Assembly (NCBI GenBank): GCA_965113315.1
Contig: OZ220376.1
DNA: 64,000 nt
Origin: Podarcis vaucheri
Taxonomy: Eukaryota
Strand: one strand, 5' to 3'
The notes under the pieces are model-generated. The model saw nothing but the letters and a program-made list of their open reading frames with translations, ran no database searches and was not told the origin of the DNA. How positions within the stretch are numbered: the first letter of the stretch is position 1; each line of letters begins with the position of its first letter. Shown here in pieces: positions 62,355 through 64,000 of this stretch. The position numbers were made by a program, and so were the translations under genes.

Positions 62355-62778
62355 CTGAAACGCTTGGTCGATTAGCATGTTCTATGGTAAACACAGAGGC
62401 CAGCAGTACTGTTTGGAAATGGTGTTTAACCCCAGTTAAACTTTCATATATGCATAAACGTGATTCCCGTATATGCTGGTGAGGGTGTGGGGACAGGATT
62501 CCTCTTAGTGGTAGCACGCAGGATTATACCCACATTCTTGAAGGATTAGAAGGCGCACACTTGAATTCTTGGTACAAGAAAGTATGGTGTATTGCGCTTA
62601 TGGAAAAACTGACTCATGAATTAAGGCTGGAAATAGGAACAAAGCAAAAGACACCTTTGCAGGAGAATGCTGGGAATTAACTTTGCTCACAAATTCTCCA
62701 GAAAACCAAAGGACCAGTTCCAAAGGTTTATACTAACTTGTGGAACAAAAGTGTTTCACAGATACATACTGTTATAAG

Positions 62779-63263
62779 GTGATGTCTCAAAGCAGAGACA
62801 TCACCTTGCCGACAAAGGTCTGTGTAGTTAAAGCTTTGGTTTTCCCAGTAGTGATGTATGGAAGTGAGAGCTGGACCATAAAGAAGGCTGATCGCCGAAG
62901 AACTGATGCTTTTGAATTATGGTGCTGGAGACTCTTGAGAGTCCCATGGACTGCAAGAAGATCAAACCTCTCCATTCTGAAGGAAATCAGCCCTGAGTGC
63001 TCACTGGAAGGACAGATCCTGAAGCTGAGGCTCCAATACTTTGGCTACCTCATGAGAAGAGAAGACTCCCTGGAAAAGACCCTGATGTTGGGAAAGATGG
63101 AGGGCACGAGGAGAAGGGGACAACAGAGGACGAGATGGTTGGACATGAAGCTACCAACATGAGTTTGACCAAACTGCAGGAGGCAGTGGAAGACAGGAGT
63201 GCCTGGCGTGCTCTGGTCCATGGGGTCACGAAGAGTCAGACACGACTAAACGACTAAACAACA
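62779..63263 (+). mobile_element. BovB (RTE) LINE, 5'-truncated 3' end
   Basis: SRDITLPTKV..VFPVVMYGSESWTIKKADRRR.DAFELWCWR..RREDSLEKTLMLGK is the BovB ORF C-terminus; (CAA)n tail; TSD ACTGTTATAAG / ACTATTATAAG. Confidence 0.92.
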
Positions 63264-64000
63264 ACTATTATAAGTTGTTGTTTATATACCGGAATACAGG
63301 TTTTCATAATGTATCTGGCGCGGTCTCCAGGGAGTTTTAAAGAGTAACAATTTTAATAGAAAAAAAAAGAAAAGGAGTAATTTCACTCATATGTGGTGGT
63401 GGTGTTTTAAGTAGGTTAGCTAAGACCAATGTTAGAAACTGAGGTATGAAAGCTAGGAGCTAAATAGTACCTTAATTCTAGGTTCTGGGCACAACAATGG
63501 AATGTTGAGGCGTGCTTTTTTATAACAAGAATACAAAGCTGAAAATGAATGAACTGGAGCTAAAATATTAACTTCATTTTTCACATGGTTTAGTCCTTCC
63601 TCTGCCCACCCCCCTAATATTCTTTAGAGGGTCTCTTCTCCAGTCTTCAGAGAGTAGCTGGAAGTGGGGAGGCAGAAAAAGGTCCTCCTTTCCTTCCACT
63701 CTGCAGTTTCAAACTGAAATCTTAGGCGCAATACTGTGCCCAGAGCTCAGAAACTGCCTGCGCTAATAAAATTCTCTGTTGCAAAATGTGTCTAGAACAA
63801 TAGGAGTTTTGAACACTGGCTAAGACTCAAAGTTGGGTATGACCCAAATAACATGCAGGCTACAACTGATGCAAGATCACAGACGTCTGGGGACTTCTGG
63901 AACCAGATGAGGGTAGAACAGGGAGTAACAGAGTGGGGGGCACTTAGGAGCACTCCGCCAATGCACACGGTGGTCAAGAATGGAACCCCCCTGTGAAATG

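Overview
Vertebrate genomic DNA, not prokaryotic. The repeat content (Sauria SINEs, BovB/RTE, CR1, L2, hAT and Tc/mariner MITEs) points to a squamate reptile, probably a lacertid lizard (inference). Five protein-coding genes were reconstructed by hand from splice sites and remembered vertebrate homologues: (1) a single-coding-exon PIRT-like gene (4973-5329, +); (2) a TMEM238-family gene in a CpG island (core CDS 8479-8946, +) with a probable spliced 3'UTR; (3) complete RRN3/TIF-IA (17 coding exons, 18455-31704, +, 599 aa, one GC-AG intron); (4) complete NTAN1 (10 exons, 42891-53861, +, 310 aa); (5) the last 7 coding exons of PDXDC1 (62354-57066, -), convergent with NTAN1. The most notable items are the PIRT-like/TMEM238-like pair beside RRN3, which looks like an extra paralogous cassette not known to me from the human locus and whose PIRT lacks the basic tail; a strong uORF or 1-nt frameshift in RRN3 exon 1; altered TIF-IA regulatory phosphosites; a TSD-bounded chimeric SINE+LINE insertion; and an orphan LTR that keeps its polypurine tract. 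All homology statements are from memory; no searches were run.
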